Positions 1 to 10,100 of a stretch of DNA of 64,000 nucleotides are shown here, in pieces. Below the pieces are notes generated by a model. The model did no database searches and had not been told where the DNA came from. It saw only the letters and a program-made list of their open reading frames with translations. The stretch is taken from the NCBI RefSeq assembly GCF_046348305.1, contig NZ_JAXMEM010000012.1, forward strand, positions 35,618 to 99,617, in the 5' to 3' direction. This DNA comes from Ottowia sp. GTDB lineage: Bacteria > Pseudomonadota > Gammaproteobacteria > Burkholderiales > Burkholderiaceae_C. Position numbers and translations under genes: made by a program. How positions within the stretch are numbered: position 1 is the first letter of the stretch; every line of letters begins with the position of its first letter.

Positions 1-1
1 C

Positions 2-1243
2 ACCACGCTGCAAGCCTGCATCGATGGCGCGAGCAGCGGCGACCGAATCGTGCTGGTCACCGACAGCCACATCGCCGAGGACGTGCTCATCCGCAAGAAC
101 CTCACCCTGGAGCCGGCACAGGCGCAGCCCAGCGTGCGCTCGGTCACCGCACTGGCCTCCACAGCCGACGTGGAGGTGACAGTCACCGGCCTCACTTCGC
201 GCGGTGGCGCCAGTCGCGTGCGCGGTTTTCTGGAGCCGGGCGGCGGAAACCTCAAACTCACGGTCACCGGCAGCACCCTGGTTGGCAAGGACTTCAACGC
301 CGCCCTCGAAATGACCATTTCGAACAAGACAGGACGCTATGGCCGCGCGCAGGCGCTGTTCGAGGGCAACACCGTCAGCCAGAGCGCCGCTGGCAGCAAC
401 TGCGCGCCAGCCATCGCCGTGCATGCGTTCAACCCGGGCCTGTCGGCCACCGTTGCGCGCAACACCGTCACGGCGACCAGCCTGGGCCAGTGCGCGGCCA
501 TCGGCATCTATGGCGCCGGCGCGCCGGCCCCCGGCGCGTGGTCGCTGGATGCGCAGTTGCGCAAGAACACCGTGCGGGGCAGCGGGGCCAATGCCGGCAT
601 TCAGGTGCGCAGCGGCCCGGGAGGCGCCCAGGTGCGCGCCGCCGTCACGGACAACCTAGTGGCGGGCAGCGGCTTCGCGGAAGGTTTGTCGGCTCTCGCC
701 GACAGCGCCAATGGCGGCTTGGATGTCCGGCTGCTGAACAACACCGTGGTGGATGCACAGGCAGGGCTGCACGCTACGGCACGCATCGACCTGGGCGCGC
801 ACGTCACCGGCGTGGTGGCCAACAACGTGTTTGCCCACCATGCCTTTGGCGGCATGGCGCTGGATGACGTGCCAGGCCTGCTCGACCACCACAACCTGGT
901 CTTCGCCAGCGTGCAGCCGCCGGGTGCTCGGCCGCTGGGCCACGGCACGCGCCGCGGCAATCCGTCGTTCGCCAGCGCGGCGGTTGGCGACTACCGCCTG
1001 CGCGCCGATTCCGACGCCATCGACCAGGGCGACGACGGCGCGGTGGACAGCCCCGACGGACGCGACCTGGACGGCCAGCCGCGCCGCGTGCGCACGGTGG
1101 ACATGGGTGCCTACGAGTTCCAGGGCGAGGCCATGCCGCCGTCCGTGGTGAATCCCGTCCCCGCTACGGAGCCGTGGGCGCTTGGCTGGAGTGTCGCCTT
1201 GCTGGCGCTGCTGGCTGGCTGGCATCTGCGCCGCCGGGGCTGA
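2..1243 (+). CDS. Secreted beta-helix (pectin-lyase-like / choice-of-anchor Q-like) surface protein with IPTL-CTERM-like sorting tail; 5' end lies outside the window
   Basis: Frame open from base 2 (TTLQACIDGASSGDRIVL); repeated NN(T/V)V/F beta-helix turns; GxPR...VDMGAYE ending; C-terminal VPATEPWAL + hydrophobic helix + RRR. Confidence 0.7.
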   Translation, partial: TTLQACIDGASSGDRIVLVTDSHIAEDVLIRKNLTLEPAQAQPSVRSVTALASTADVEVTVTGLTSRGGASRVRGFLEPGGGNLKLTVTGSTLVGKDFNAALEMTISNKTGRYGRAQALFEGNTVSQSAAGSNCAPAIAVHAFNPGLSATVARNTVTATSLGQCAAIGIYGAGAPAPGAWSLDAQLRKNTVRGSGANAGIQVRSGPGGAQVRAAVTDNLVAGSGFAEGLSALADSANGGLDVRLLNNTVVDAQAGLHATARIDLGAHVTGVVANNVFAHHAFGGMALDDVPGLLDHHNLVFASVQPPGARPLGHGTRRGNPSFASAAVGDYRLRADSDAIDQGDDGAVDSPDGRDLDGQPRRVRTVDMGAYEFQGEAMPPSVVNPVPATEPWALGWSVALLALLAGWHLRRRG

Positions 1244-1282
1244 GGCTGGCGCGTTCGTGGCACACCGTCCTACACTGCCAGC

Positions 1283-1894
1283 ATGACCGACGTCGCATCG
1301 ACCATCGTGATCGCCGACGACCACGTCTTGGTGCGCGACGGCTTCAAGCTCATGGTGGCGACCATTTGGCCCGGCACGCACATTCTCGAAGCCGCCGATG
1401 CCACCACGCTGCGCGAGCTGGCGCGACGCTTGCCGCAGCCGGCGCTGGCCCTCGTGGATCTGAACATGCCCGGCATGGACAAGGGCGCGGGCTTGGCGCT
1501 GCTGTCGCGCGAGTGCCCGCTGCTGCGCGTGGTGGTGGTGTCGGCGCTGACCTCGCCCGACGTGATCCGCCGCGCACTCGACCTGCCGAACGTCTACGCC
1601 TTCGTGCCCAAGAGCGCCGGCGGGCAGCGCATGCAGCAGGCGGTCGAAGCCGCGCTGGCGGGGCGCCGGTTGCCGCACGAACCGCCCGCCAGCGCCGCGC
1701 CGGCCGATGGCCGGCTCACGCCACGCATGGAGGCAGTGCGGGAACTGGTGCGCCAGGGCCTGTCCAACAAGCAGATCGCGCGGCAGCTGAACCTGTCGGA
1801 GGGCACGGTAAAGAACTACCTGACCGAAATCTTCCGCCTGCTCCAGGTCTCCAACCGCACCCAGGCGGCGCGCTCCGACATCGATTGCCCGTGA
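1283..1894 (+). CDS. NarL/LuxR-family response regulator
   Basis: IVIADDH receiver start, LVDLNMPG phospho-Asp, LTPR...GLSNKQIARQLNLSEGTVKNY HTH. Confidence 0.92.
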   Translation: MTDVASTIVIADDHVLVRDGFKLMVATIWPGTHILEAADATTLRELARRLPQPALALVDLNMPGMDKGAGLALLSRECPLLRVVVVSALTSPDVIRRALDLPNVYAFVPKSAGGQRMQQAVEAALAGRRLPHEPPASAAPADGRLTPRMEAVRELVRQGLSNKQIARQLNLSEGTVKNYLTEIFRLLQVSNRTQAARSDIDCP

Positions 1895-3615
1895 ACTGGC
1901 GGCGGCTGCTCCCCGGCAACACCGATGTCACCCAGCCGGTGCTGCTGATGCTGCTGACCCGACTGGGCGAACTGCTCGGCGCGCTGCTGTTTCTGGCCGC
2001 GCTGCCCTGGTGGCGGCCGGCGCTGTGGTTCGCGCTGGTGCTCGGCGCCAGCACCTGGGGCTTCGTGCGGGTACGCCGGCCGGACTTCAAGGCGCTGCCC
2101 CGGCAGCAGCGCCGGCGCATCTACCGCAGCTACATCTGGCTGTCCTCCGCCGCCATCGGCAGTGCCTGCTGGTTCTTGTACGCGCCGGGCGACCAGCGCC
2201 TGCACGCCATGCTGGGTCTGTACCTGGTGGCGTCGGCCGGCCTGGTGGCCATGTGGGGCGTGCGCGACATCCAGCGCACCGCGCTGGCCGTGGTCCTGAT
2301 CCTGGGGCCGACCGTGCTGCGCTTCATGGTCGAGGGGCTGTTCGAGCGGCGGCCCATGGTGTTCTTCCTGGGCGCGAGCGGGGTGGTGCTGGCGGCCATG
2401 ATCGTCTACACCGCGGCCCTGCATGCGCAACGCATCGCCCGCGAATCGGTGCTGCGCCGCCAGGCCGAGCGCGCGGTCGATGCCATGGCCGACCTGAGCC
2501 TGGCCAAGTCGCGCTTCTTTGCTGCGGTGAGCCACGACTTGCGCCAGCCGGTGCATGCCATCGGCCTGTACCTGGAGCCGCTGGCGCGCACGCTCGGCCC
2601 CCAGCCGGATCCGCTCGTGCGGCACGCGCTGCATGGCATCCACGAATCCTGGCGCGCACTCGACGATCTGCTGTCGCAGGTCCTGGACATCACCCGCATG
2701 GATGCCGGCGCCATGCTGGCCCGCCTGGAGCCGATCGCGCTGGCGCCGCTCGTCCGTGCCGTGGTGCAGCAGCACGGCGCCATGGCCGAACGCGTCGGGG
2801 TGCGCGTGGTGGCGCTGGTGCGCGAGACGGCCGGTTGCCACGTCCGTGCCGATGACATCATGCTGCGGCGGGTGTTGTCCAACCTGCTGGACAACGCCAT
2901 CAAGTTCTCGCCCGCCGGGCGCTGCGTGGCCGTCGCGGTGCGGCCGGGCGCGCGGGACTGCCGCATCCAGGTGCGCGACGCCGGGCCAGGCATTGCCGCA
3001 GACCGGCACGATGACGTGTTTCACGAGTTCGTGCAGCTCGACAATCAGGCGCGCAACCGCCAGCGCGGCTACGGCCTGGGCCTGGCCATTTCGCGCCGGT
3101 TTGCCGAGCTGATGCAAGGCTGCCTGACGCTGCGCTCGGCACCCGGCCAGGGCACCTGTTTCACGCTGACGCTGCCCGGCGCGACCGCCCCGCCGACGCT
3201 TGCGCCCGAGCCCGAGCCGGAGGCACCCGGGTCGGCGCCGACCGAGCCGGGACCGCTCGATGCGCCGCCGCTGCCGGCGCGCGACATTCTGCTGGTGGAA
3301 GACGACGCCCTGGTGGCCGATGCCATGTGCCAGTTGCTCGGCCTCTGGGGCCAGAACGTGCGCCACGTGGAAACGGTGGCCGAAGCGTGGCGCCTGCGCG
3401 ACTTCGGGCAGCTGGCCATCTGCGACGTGCGCCTGCCCGACGGCGGCAACGGGTTCGAGCTCGCCTTGCGGCTGCGCGCGCTGGGCAAACCCGTGTTCCT
3501 GCTCAGCGGCGAGATCGACGCCGACTTGAAGGCCCGCGCAGCAGCCGCGGACCTGCCCCTGCTCACCAAGCCCCTGTCGGCCGCACGCATGCGGGCGTTG
3601 CTGCGCGCCCTTTGA
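1891..3615 (+). CDS. Membrane hybrid sensor histidine kinase with C-terminal receiver
   Basis: GTG start overlaps regulator stop (GTGA); ~6 TM helices; SHDLRQP H-box, NLLDNAIKF, DAGPG, GYGLGL; ILLVEDD receiver. Confidence 0.9.
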   Translation: MNWRRLLPGNTDVTQPVLLMLLTRLGELLGALLFLAALPWWRPALWFALVLGASTWGFVRVRRPDFKALPRQQRRRIYRSYIWLSSAAIGSACWFLYAPGDQRLHAMLGLYLVASAGLVAMWGVRDIQRTALAVVLILGPTVLRFMVEGLFERRPMVFFLGASGVVLAAMIVYTAALHAQRIARESVLRRQAERAVDAMADLSLAKSRFFAAVSHDLRQPVHAIGLYLEPLARTLGPQPDPLVRHALHGIHESWRALDDLLSQVLDITRMDAGAMLARLEPIALAPLVRAVVQQHGAMAERVGVRVVALVRETAGCHVRADDIMLRRVLSNLLDNAIKFSPAGRCVAVAVRPGARDCRIQVRDAGPGIAADRHDDVFHEFVQLDNQARNRQRGYGLGLAISRRFAELMQGCLTLRSAPGQGTCFTLTLPGATAPPTLAPEPEPEAPGSAPTEPGPLDAPPLPARDILLVEDDALVADAMCQLLGLWGQNVRHVETVAEAWRLRDFGQLAICDVRLPDGGNGFELALRLRALGKPVFLLSGEIDADLKARAAAADLPLLTKPLSAARMRALLRAL

Positions 3616-3726
3616 TTTCACTGCCCGCGGGTGACCATCTTCACCTGTGCACGGCGCCGTGCGCTTTCTACAGTGATCGACATCGCCCGCACGCCGCGGT
3701 GCGAATTCACCCGAGGAGAACCCGCC

Positions 3727-4671
3727 GTGCCCCTGTCCGATTCCTGCGCCGTGATGACCCCGTCCCAGGGCCTTGTCCAGCCCGTGCCTCATGCGCGGCC
3801 CAAGGCCGGGCGCTTCGTCGAAACCTCCACCGTAAAGTGGCTGCGCCAGGCGTTCGCCGTGCTGCAGGCGACGTCCCCCGAAGCCGCCGCGCACCTGGCC
3901 TACGTGCTGCTCACGCGCCCGCCCCGCGTGGCCGAGCGCCCGTGGCAGGCGAGCCTGCGCGAACGCGCCGCGCAAGACACCCTGCCCTTTGGCCGCGGCC
4001 ACCTCGCGTTGTACGGCTGGGGCAGCGGCCCCACGGTGCTGTTGGTTCACGGCTGGGGCGCACGCGGCACGCACCTGGGCAAGATGGTGATGCCGCTGGT
4101 CGCGGCCGGCTACCGCGTGGTCGCATTCGACGCACCGGGCCACGGGCATTCCAGCGGGCGCTCGGCCACGCTGCCCCAGTTCGCCAGCGCCATCGCCACC
4201 GTTGCCGCGCACGTGGGGGAAATCCACGCCCTCGTCGCCCATTCGTTCGGTGTCGCGATGGCGCTGTGGGCGCAGCTCGACTGGGGCATGCAGGTGCGGC
4301 GCCAGGTGCTGTTCAGCTCGCTCGAGCATTGCAAGTGGGTGACGGAGGAGTTCGCCCGCCTGATGCGGCTGCCTGAATCGGTGCTGGCGCGCGGACGGCA
4401 ACTGATGGTGGAGCGCAGCCAGGGCGCCATGGACTGGGAGCGGCTCGCGGTGGGCGACATGCTGGCGCAGACCGTGTCGCCCACGCTGCTGGTGCATGAC
4501 GCCGAAGACCCCGAAGTCCCGATCGAGCACATGTTCCAGCTCATGACGGCCTGCGCGCAGCGCCCACTGGAGCTGCACGTCACCGAAGGGCTGGGACATC
4601 ACCGCCTGCTGGGCAACCGCGACGTGATCGACCGCCTGGTGGCCTTCATCGGCGCCCCGCAGGCTGCGTGA
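3727..4671 (+). CDS. Alpha/beta hydrolase
   Basis: LLVHGWG, AHSFG nucleophile elbow, HDAED, GLGHHR; GAGGAG RBS before GTG 3727. Confidence 0.85.
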   Translation: MPLSDSCAVMTPSQGLVQPVPHARPKAGRFVETSTVKWLRQAFAVLQATSPEAAAHLAYVLLTRPPRVAERPWQASLRERAAQDTLPFGRGHLALYGWGSGPTVLLVHGWGARGTHLGKMVMPLVAAGYRVVAFDAPGHGHSSGRSATLPQFASAIATVAAHVGEIHALVAHSFGVAMALWAQLDWGMQVRRQVLFSSLEHCKWVTEEFARLMRLPESVLARGRQLMVERSQGAMDWERLAVGDMLAQTVSPTLLVHDAEDPEVPIEHMFQLMTACAQRPLELHVTEGLGHHRLLGNRDVIDRLVAFIGAPQAA

Positions 4672-4675
4672 GCCC

Positions 4676-4849
4676 ATGTCAATCGCCCCCGCTCTCTGGA
4701 CCTGGCTGGCCGTCGTGCTGCCGCTGACTTGCCTGGGCGCGCTGGCCTGGTTGCGCGTGGGGATCCGGCGGCTGGCCCGCCGGCTGCCCGACCGCAACGA
4801 GGACATGGTGCTGACCGAGCAGCCGCCGTGCCGACCCGAAACCCGATGA
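4676..4849 (+). CDS. Small single-TM hypothetical protein (57 aa)
   Basis: Read manually: MSIAPALWTWLAVVLPLTCLGALAWLRVGIRRLARRLPDRNEDMVLTEQPPCRPETR; starts 5 nt after hydrolase stop. Confidence 0.45.
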   Translation: MSIAPALWTWLAVVLPLTCLGALAWLRVGIRRLARRLPDRNEDMVLTEQPPCRPETR

Positions 4850-4926
4850 AAACTGCGCTGCGCTCGCGCGCCAGTGCCAAGCCCGCGGCCCAACGCAAAC
4901 CCCGGGCCGGCAAGGGCCGCAGCCGC

Positions 4927-6210
4927 TCAGCTTGAGGCTGCGGCGCCGGGCGCTGCTTCCAGCGCGCGGGCGATCGCCTCGGCACGCGCCTGCTGCACGG
5001 CGGCGCCGATCTGCGGCCCGCGCGCGCCGCGCGCCTGGGCCGCGCGCGCAATGGGCTCGGTGGCCACCGCCAGCGCGGCGGCCAGCGCCTGCTGCAGGCG
5101 CGGGCGCTGCGGGTAGGCCGACTCTTCCAGGCCCAGCCGGCCGCGCGCATCGCACTCGCAGGCCAGCAGCACGTCGGCAAAGCGCTCGGGCTTGCGCAGC
5201 GCGTCGCAGCGCTCGAGCAGGCGCAGCAGCGCGGCGGCGTTCAGGCCGGCGCTGCGGTGGATGTTGCCGTGCTCACGCGCCACCACGTCGGCCAGTTCGG
5301 TGCACTCGGTGGGCACGCGCAGGCGCTGGCCGACGGCTTTCAGCAGGGTGCTGCTGCGCTGCTCGTGGCCCAGGTGCCTTGGCAGCACATCGGCCGGCGT
5401 CGTGCCCTTGCCCAGGTCGTGCATTAGGCAGGCCCAGCGCACCGCCAGCGGGGCGTGCAGGCGCGCGGCCGTCTGCAGCACCATCATCACGTGCACGCCG
5501 GTGTCGATCTCGGGGTGATGGCTGGCGGTTTGCGGCACGCCCCACAGGCGCTCCAGCTCCGGCAGCACCACGGCCAGCGCGCCGCATTCGCGCAGCACGT
5601 CGAACATGCGCGCCGGGTGCGCCTCCATCAGGCCGCGCGCCAGCTCCTGCCACACGCGCTCGGGCACCAGGTGGTCGGCCTCGCCCGCCTGTACCATCCG
5701 GCGCATCAGGGCCATGGTTTCGGGCGCGATGGAAAAGTCATGAAAGCGCGCGGCAAAACGCGCCACGCGCAGGATGCGCACCGGGTCTTCGGCGAAGGCG
5801 GCCGTCACGTGGCGCAGCACGCGCGCCTGCAGATCGCGCTGGCCACCGTAGGGGTCGATCAGGTCAGCATTTGAATCGAATAGGCCTTTAGCGCCCGTCC
5901 AATCGGCGCAAGCAGCTATTGAATTGATAGTCAAATCGCGCCGGGCCAGGTCTTCTTGCAGCGTCACGTCGGGGCTGGCGAGCACCGTGAAGCCGCGATA
6001 GCCGCGCCCGCTCTTGCGCTCGGTGCGCGCCAGCGCGTATTCCTCATGCGTCTGTGGATGCAGAAAAACCGGAAAGTCCTTGCCCACGGGCACGAAGCCG
6101 CGCGCCGCCATCTCCTCGGGCGTGGCACCCACCACCACCCAGTCGCGGTCCTGCACCGGCAGGCCCAGCAGCCCGTCGCGCACCGCACCGCCGACCATGT
6201 AGATTTGCAT
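4927..6210 (-). CDS. cca: CCA-adding tRNA nucleotidyltransferase with HD domain
   Basis: [43 protein letters not shown]. Confidence 0.96.
   Translation of the reverse strand: MQIYMVGGAVRDGLLGLPVQDRDWVVVGATPEEMAARGFVPVGKDFPVFLHPQTHEEYALARTERKSGRGYRGFTVLASPDVTLQEDLARRDLTINSIAACADWTGAKGLFDSNADLIDPYGGQRDLQARVLRHVTAAFAEDPVRILRVARFAARFHDFSIAPETMALMRRMVQAGEADHLVPERVWQELARGLMEAHPARMFDVLRECGALAVVLPELERLWGVPQTASHHPEIDTGVHVMMVLQTAARLHAPLAVRWACLMHDLGKGTTPADVLPRHLGHEQRSSTLLKAVGQRLRVPTECTELADVVAREHGNIHRSAGLNAAALLRLLERCDALRKPERFADVLLACECDARGRLGLEESAYPQRPRLQQALAAALAVATEPIARAAQARGARGPQIGAAVQQARAEAIARALEAAPGAAASS
5871..5930. repeat. ~60-bp palindromic repeat family A, copy in frame inside cca
   Basis: TTGAATCGAATAGGCCTTTAGCGCCCGTCCAATCGGCGCAAGCAGCTATTGAATTGATAG; AT-rich; shares GCGCAAGCAGCTAT core with intergenic copies. 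Confidence 0.85.
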
Positions 6211-6249
6211 GGCCGCAGTGTATCGGCGGGGCTTGGCCCGAGGCCTCGG

Positions 6250-6891
6250 TCAGGCCGGCACCGCCGCGTCCCACGCCGCAACCCGAACCAGCCGCGGGTC
6301 GTCGGCGTGCTCCACCAGCATTTGCCGCACGCGGCCCTGCCACAACGTGCCGAAGCGCGCCAGTTCGTCGGCGCTGGCGCGACCGGCGGCGGCGCGCGGC
6401 AGCAGGGCGCGCATCTCGTCGGTCCAGGGCACGACCGAGGCGTCCAGCTCCACCTGCACGGCGCGACCGCTGTCCTGGCGGCGCAGGCCCAAGGTGCCCT
6501 GCACCGGTTGATCGAAGCGCAGCAGCTGGTGGCGCGAAAAGCGCCCGCCGATGCCGTGGAAGCCGGTCTCGGGCGCCGCGCCGGTGATGAGCTGCACCAC
6601 GGTGCCAACCACGCCGTTGGCGCCGTCCTCGCGGCCGCCCCGCATGAAGACCTCGACCTCGCCGCGCACCGGTGTTTCATCGCCATACAGCGCACGCAGG
6701 CCGCGCACCGTCATCAGCCAGGCGCCGGCCACCGTGGGGCACGAATGGCCGGCCAGGCGCACGGCATCGGCGTAGCGATAGGTCATCAGGCCGCCGCGTG
6801 CGGCGCCCAAAAATTCGGCCAGCGGGTCGCGCAGCGTGATCTGCGGGGCGTCGGCAAAAAAGTCGGGAAAGGTGGATTCGGTGCTTTGCAT
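6250..6891 (-). CDS. FmdE-like (GHSCP motif) protein
   Basis: AVRLAGHSCPTVAGAW motif; start MQSTESTFPDFF chosen at 6891. Confidence 0.65.
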   Translation of the reverse strand: MQSTESTFPDFFADAPQITLRDPLAEFLGAARGGLMTYRYADAVRLAGHSCPTVAGAWLMTVRGLRALYGDETPVRGEVEVFMRGGREDGANGVVGTVVQLITGAAPETGFHGIGGRFSRHQLLRFDQPVQGTLGLRRQDSGRAVQVELDASVVPWTDEMRALLPRAAAGRASADELARFGTLWQGRVRQMLVEHADDPRLVRVAAWDAAVPA

Positions 6892-7074
6892 GGCGGGTTC
6901 CGGAAACGATGGGGCGCGGGGCCTGATGCGCATTGGGCCGCATCGGCCCGCGGGCCGCAGACGTCGCCGGCCATGCCCGCACCCGCAGCGTGTGATTCGG
7001 GCCGGCGCCACGGCCCCGGCGGCAATCGGGGTTTGGGGTCATGATGCGCGTTTCGGATCGACTCCAACCCCCGC

Positions 7075-8208
7075 ATGAAATGCCTCGGACAACTCGCCCA
7101 CGGTGCGCGCCTGGAGCGCATGCACGCCTCACCGCTGTGGGCGGACAACGGCTTTCGCAACCGGCACCCCATCGCCGCCGGCCTGCGCGATGCGAGCGTG
7201 CCCATGCCTTCGCTGCGCGACATGCTGTGGCCGGGCGGGCGGCGTGTGCCGCGCTCGCCGCTGCCCGCCAACGACCCACGCGCCGCCTGGCTGCACACGC
7301 CGCAAAGCGGCCTGCGCGCCACCTGGCTGGGTCACTCCACCGTGCTGCTGGAGGTGGACGGCTGGCGCGTGCTGACCGACCCGGTATGGGGCCGGCGCGC
7401 ATCGCCGCTGATCGGCGTGGGGCCCAAGCGCTTTCAGCCGGTGCCGGTGGGCTTGCGCGATTTGCCCGCGGTGGATGTCATCGTGATCTCGCACGACCAC
7501 TACGACCACCTGGACTACCCCACCATCCGGGCGCTGGCGCGCTCGGACGTGCCCTTCGCCACCTCGCTGGGCGTGGGCGCGCACCTGCAAGCCTGGGGCA
7601 TCGCGCCCGAGCGCATCCACGAGCTGGACTGGTGGGACAGCTGGGCGGTGCCGAACACCGGCATCACGATCACCGCCGCTCCGTCGCAGCACTTCAGCGG
7701 CCGCACGCTCAAGACACGCAACAGCACGCTGTGGTCGTCACTGGTGGTGCGCGGGCCGCGCCACGCGGTGTTCTTCAGCGGCGACACGGGCCTGTCGGGC
7801 GAATACGCCGCCATCCGCCAGCGCCTGGGCCCGTTCGACCTGGCGCTGCTGGAAGTCGGCGCCTACTACCCCGCCTGGGGCGACATGCACCTGGGCCCCG
7901 ACCACGCGCTGGAGGCGCTGGCGCTGCTGGGAAATCCGCCCCTGTTGCCGGTGCACTGGGGCACTTTTGCCTTGGCCATGCATGACTGGGACCAGCCGCC
8001 CGAGCGCCTGCTGGAGCTGGCGCCGCGCACCAGCGCGCGCCTGGTGATGCCGCGCTTGGGCGAGGCCGTCGAGCCCGCACATGCCGAGCGCGTGCAGCCC
8101 TGGTGGCGCCAGGGTGCGGCGCCCGCGTCTGCCCTGCCCCCAGCCGCCGAAACCGCACCGCCGCTCACGCCCGAGCAGGTCGCCCGCCTGGACTGGCCGG
8201 GCGACTGA
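7075..8208 (+). CDS. MBL-fold metallo-hydrolase (NAPE-PLD/RomA-like)
   Basis: TWLGHST, LTDPVW, SHDHYDHLD, FFSGDTG, PVHWGTF. Confidence 0.9.
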   Translation: MKCLGQLAHGARLERMHASPLWADNGFRNRHPIAAGLRDASVPMPSLRDMLWPGGRRVPRSPLPANDPRAAWLHTPQSGLRATWLGHSTVLLEVDGWRVLTDPVWGRRASPLIGVGPKRFQPVPVGLRDLPAVDVIVISHDHYDHLDYPTIRALARSDVPFATSLGVGAHLQAWGIAPERIHELDWWDSWAVPNTGITITAAPSQHFSGRTLKTRNSTLWSSLVVRGPRHAVFFSGDTGLSGEYAAIRQRLGPFDLALLEVGAYYPAWGDMHLGPDHALEALALLGNPPLLPVHWGTFALAMHDWDQPPERLLELAPRTSARLVMPRLGEAVEPAHAERVQPWWRQGAAPASALPPAAETAPPLTPEQVARLDWPGD

Positions 8209-8217
8209 CGCGCGGCC

Positions 8218-8901
8218 TCACCGCGCCAGCCGGTACGGCTCCTCGAACTCAATGAAGTCGTGCTCGGCCAACGCGGCGTCGATCCAGGCCTTGACGCCCG
8301 GCAACGCGCACACGCGGTCCATCCACGCCGTGATGACCGCCGGCGCCGGCAGAACGTAGGTCTTGAACCGCATCACCACCGGCGCAAAGTACGCATCGGC
8401 AATGCCGAACTCGCCAAACAGCATGGGACCGCCGTGCTGCGCCAGCAACTCCTGCCACATGGTCACCAGGCGGCCGACGTCGGCGCGCACGCCGGCGTTG
8501 TCGCGCCAGACGATGGCGCCCACCTCGGGCAGGCGCGCCTCGATGTTCATGCCGCAGGCGCTGCGCAGCGCACCGAAGCCCGAGTGCATCTCGGCGCAGA
8601 TGCTGCGCGCGCGGGCACGGGCGCGCACGTCGCGCGGCCACAGGTGGAGGTCGGGAAATTTCTCGGCCAGGTACTCGGCAATGGCCAGCGAATCCCACAC
8701 GGCGAAGTCGCCGTCCACCAGCAGCGGCACCTTGCCCGCCGGCGCCAGCCCGCCCAGGCGCCGCTTGAAGTCCGAGTCGCCCGAGAACGAATCAAAGCGC
8801 AGCTGCACCTCCTCGAACTCGATGCCGGCCTGCCTGAGCAGCACCCAGGGCCGCATGGACCAGGACGAATAGTTCTTGTTGCCGATGTAGAGCTTGAGCA
8901 T
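8218..8901 (-). CDS. Glutathione S-transferase family protein
   Basis: IGNKNYSSWSMRPW, GKVP, WDSLAIAEYLAE. Confidence 0.92.
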   Translation of the reverse strand: MLKLYIGNKNYSSWSMRPWVLLRQAGIEFEEVQLRFDSFSGDSDFKRRLGGLAPAGKVPLLVDGDFAVWDSLAIAEYLAEKFPDLHLWPRDVRARARARSICAEMHSGFGALRSACGMNIEARLPEVGAIVWRDNAGVRADVGRLVTMWQELLAQHGGPMLFGEFGIADAYFAPVVMRFKTYVLPAPAVITAWMDRVCALPGVKAWIDAALAEHDFIEFEEPYRLAR

Positions 8902-8958
8902 GGAAGATCTCCGTATTGCGCGGCGCTCATGCTAACGCGCCGACGCGCGCCCCGGGGT

Positions 8959-9930
8959 TCAGCGGCCCGCGCTGCGCCGCCACACGTCCAGGCGCGACAC
9001 CGGCCCGTTGGTGCCCAGGATCATCGGGCCCACGGCCGACAGCGGCGCCGGCGTGATGCCCAGCGCCGCCAGGCCGGGCAACTGGCCGCTGGCGACATTG
9101 GGCACCTTCATCGAGTCCAGGTTGTCGCGGCTCATCAGCGTGCCCGGAAGACGCTCCATCACCAGCGCCTGCAGCCACGCCAGCGGGCCGGGCATGCCCA
9201 GCACCGGGCGGCCACGCCCTTCGGCCACGCCGGCCCACTGCGCCGCCGATTGCGCCAGCTCGCGCAGGGTGAACACGTCGGGGCCGCAGATTTCATAGGT
9301 CTGGCCGATGGTCGCCGCGTCCTGCAGGCAGCGCTCCAGGGCAGCGGCCACATCGCGCACCCACACCGGCTGAAAGCGCGCGCCAGCGCCCGCCAGCGGC
9401 AACACCGGCAGCATGCGCTGCAGCCGCACGAACAGGCGCAGGAAGCGGTCGTCGGGTCCATAGATCACGCTGGGGCGCAGCACCGTCAGGTCGATCATGC
9501 TGGCAGCGGCGGCCTCTTGCAGAACGGCCTCGCCGGCGGCCTTGCTGCGCTGGTAATGCGAGGGGGCGTCCGTGGCCGCACCCAGCGCGCTCACGTGCAC
9601 CACGCGGCGCACGCCATGCGCGCCGCAGGCGGCGGCGATCTGGCGCGGCAGCTCGACATGCATGCGCTCGAATTCCTTGGCGCTGCCATGCAGGATGGCC
9701 ACCAGGTTGACCACCGCGTCGTGCCCCGGCATCAGCCGGCCCAGCGTGCCGGGCTGGGTCACGTCGGCCTCGACCAGGTCCACGCAGGGCAGCGGCCACA
9801 GCTGGCGCGCACCCGGCCCGGCGCGCCGGCGCGTGGGCACCGTCACCTGCGCACCCGCGCGCTGCAAGCGCTCGATCAGATGGCGACCGACAAAGCCGGA
9901 GCCGCCCAGAACCAGAATTTTCGATGCCAT
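8959..9930 (-). CDS. NDUFA9-like NAD-dependent epimerase/dehydratase (atypical SDR)
   Basis: ILVLGGSGFVGR, HVSALGA, YQRSKAAGE, RPSVIYG, FQPVWV. Confidence 0.88.
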   Translation of the reverse strand: MASKILVLGGSGFVGRHLIERLQRAGAQVTVPTRRRAGPGARQLWPLPCVDLVEADVTQPGTLGRLMPGHDAVVNLVAILHGSAKEFERMHVELPRQIAAACGAHGVRRVVHVSALGAATDAPSHYQRSKAAGEAVLQEAAAASMIDLTVLRPSVIYGPDDRFLRLFVRLQRMLPVLPLAGAGARFQPVWVRDVAAALERCLQDAATIGQTYEICGPDVFTLRELAQSAAQWAGVAEGRGRPVLGMPGPLAWLQALVMERLPGTLMSRDNLDSMKVPNVASGQLPGLAALGITPAPLSAVGPMILGTNGPVSRLDVWRRSAGR

Positions 9931-9972
9931 GTCAAACCTCCAAAATCGTGATGGGTGCAAGCGCAGTCTGAT

Positions 9973-10098
9973 TCAAGCTCGCCCACCCTGCATCGACCTT
10001 GCGCAAAGTCCAAGCATTGTCATGGTGTCAGGGGATCCCGCCTGCGCCAGCTTGCCCGGGCGCAGATCGGACAACACGTTGCGGTCGATCAGGTACAC
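9973..10098 (-). pseudogene. Truncated VapC/PIN toxin (N-terminal fragment only)
   Basis: GTG 3 nt after antitoxin stop reads MYLIDRNVLSDLRPGK (PIN start consensus YLLDTNVLSEL), loses similarity and stops after 41 aa. Confidence 0.7.
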
Positions 10099-10100
10099 GC

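Noticed and set aside
6892-7074. Possible riboswitch in the GC-rich divergent intergenic region
   Set aside because: No recognisable aptamer consensus or terminator could be identified by eye.
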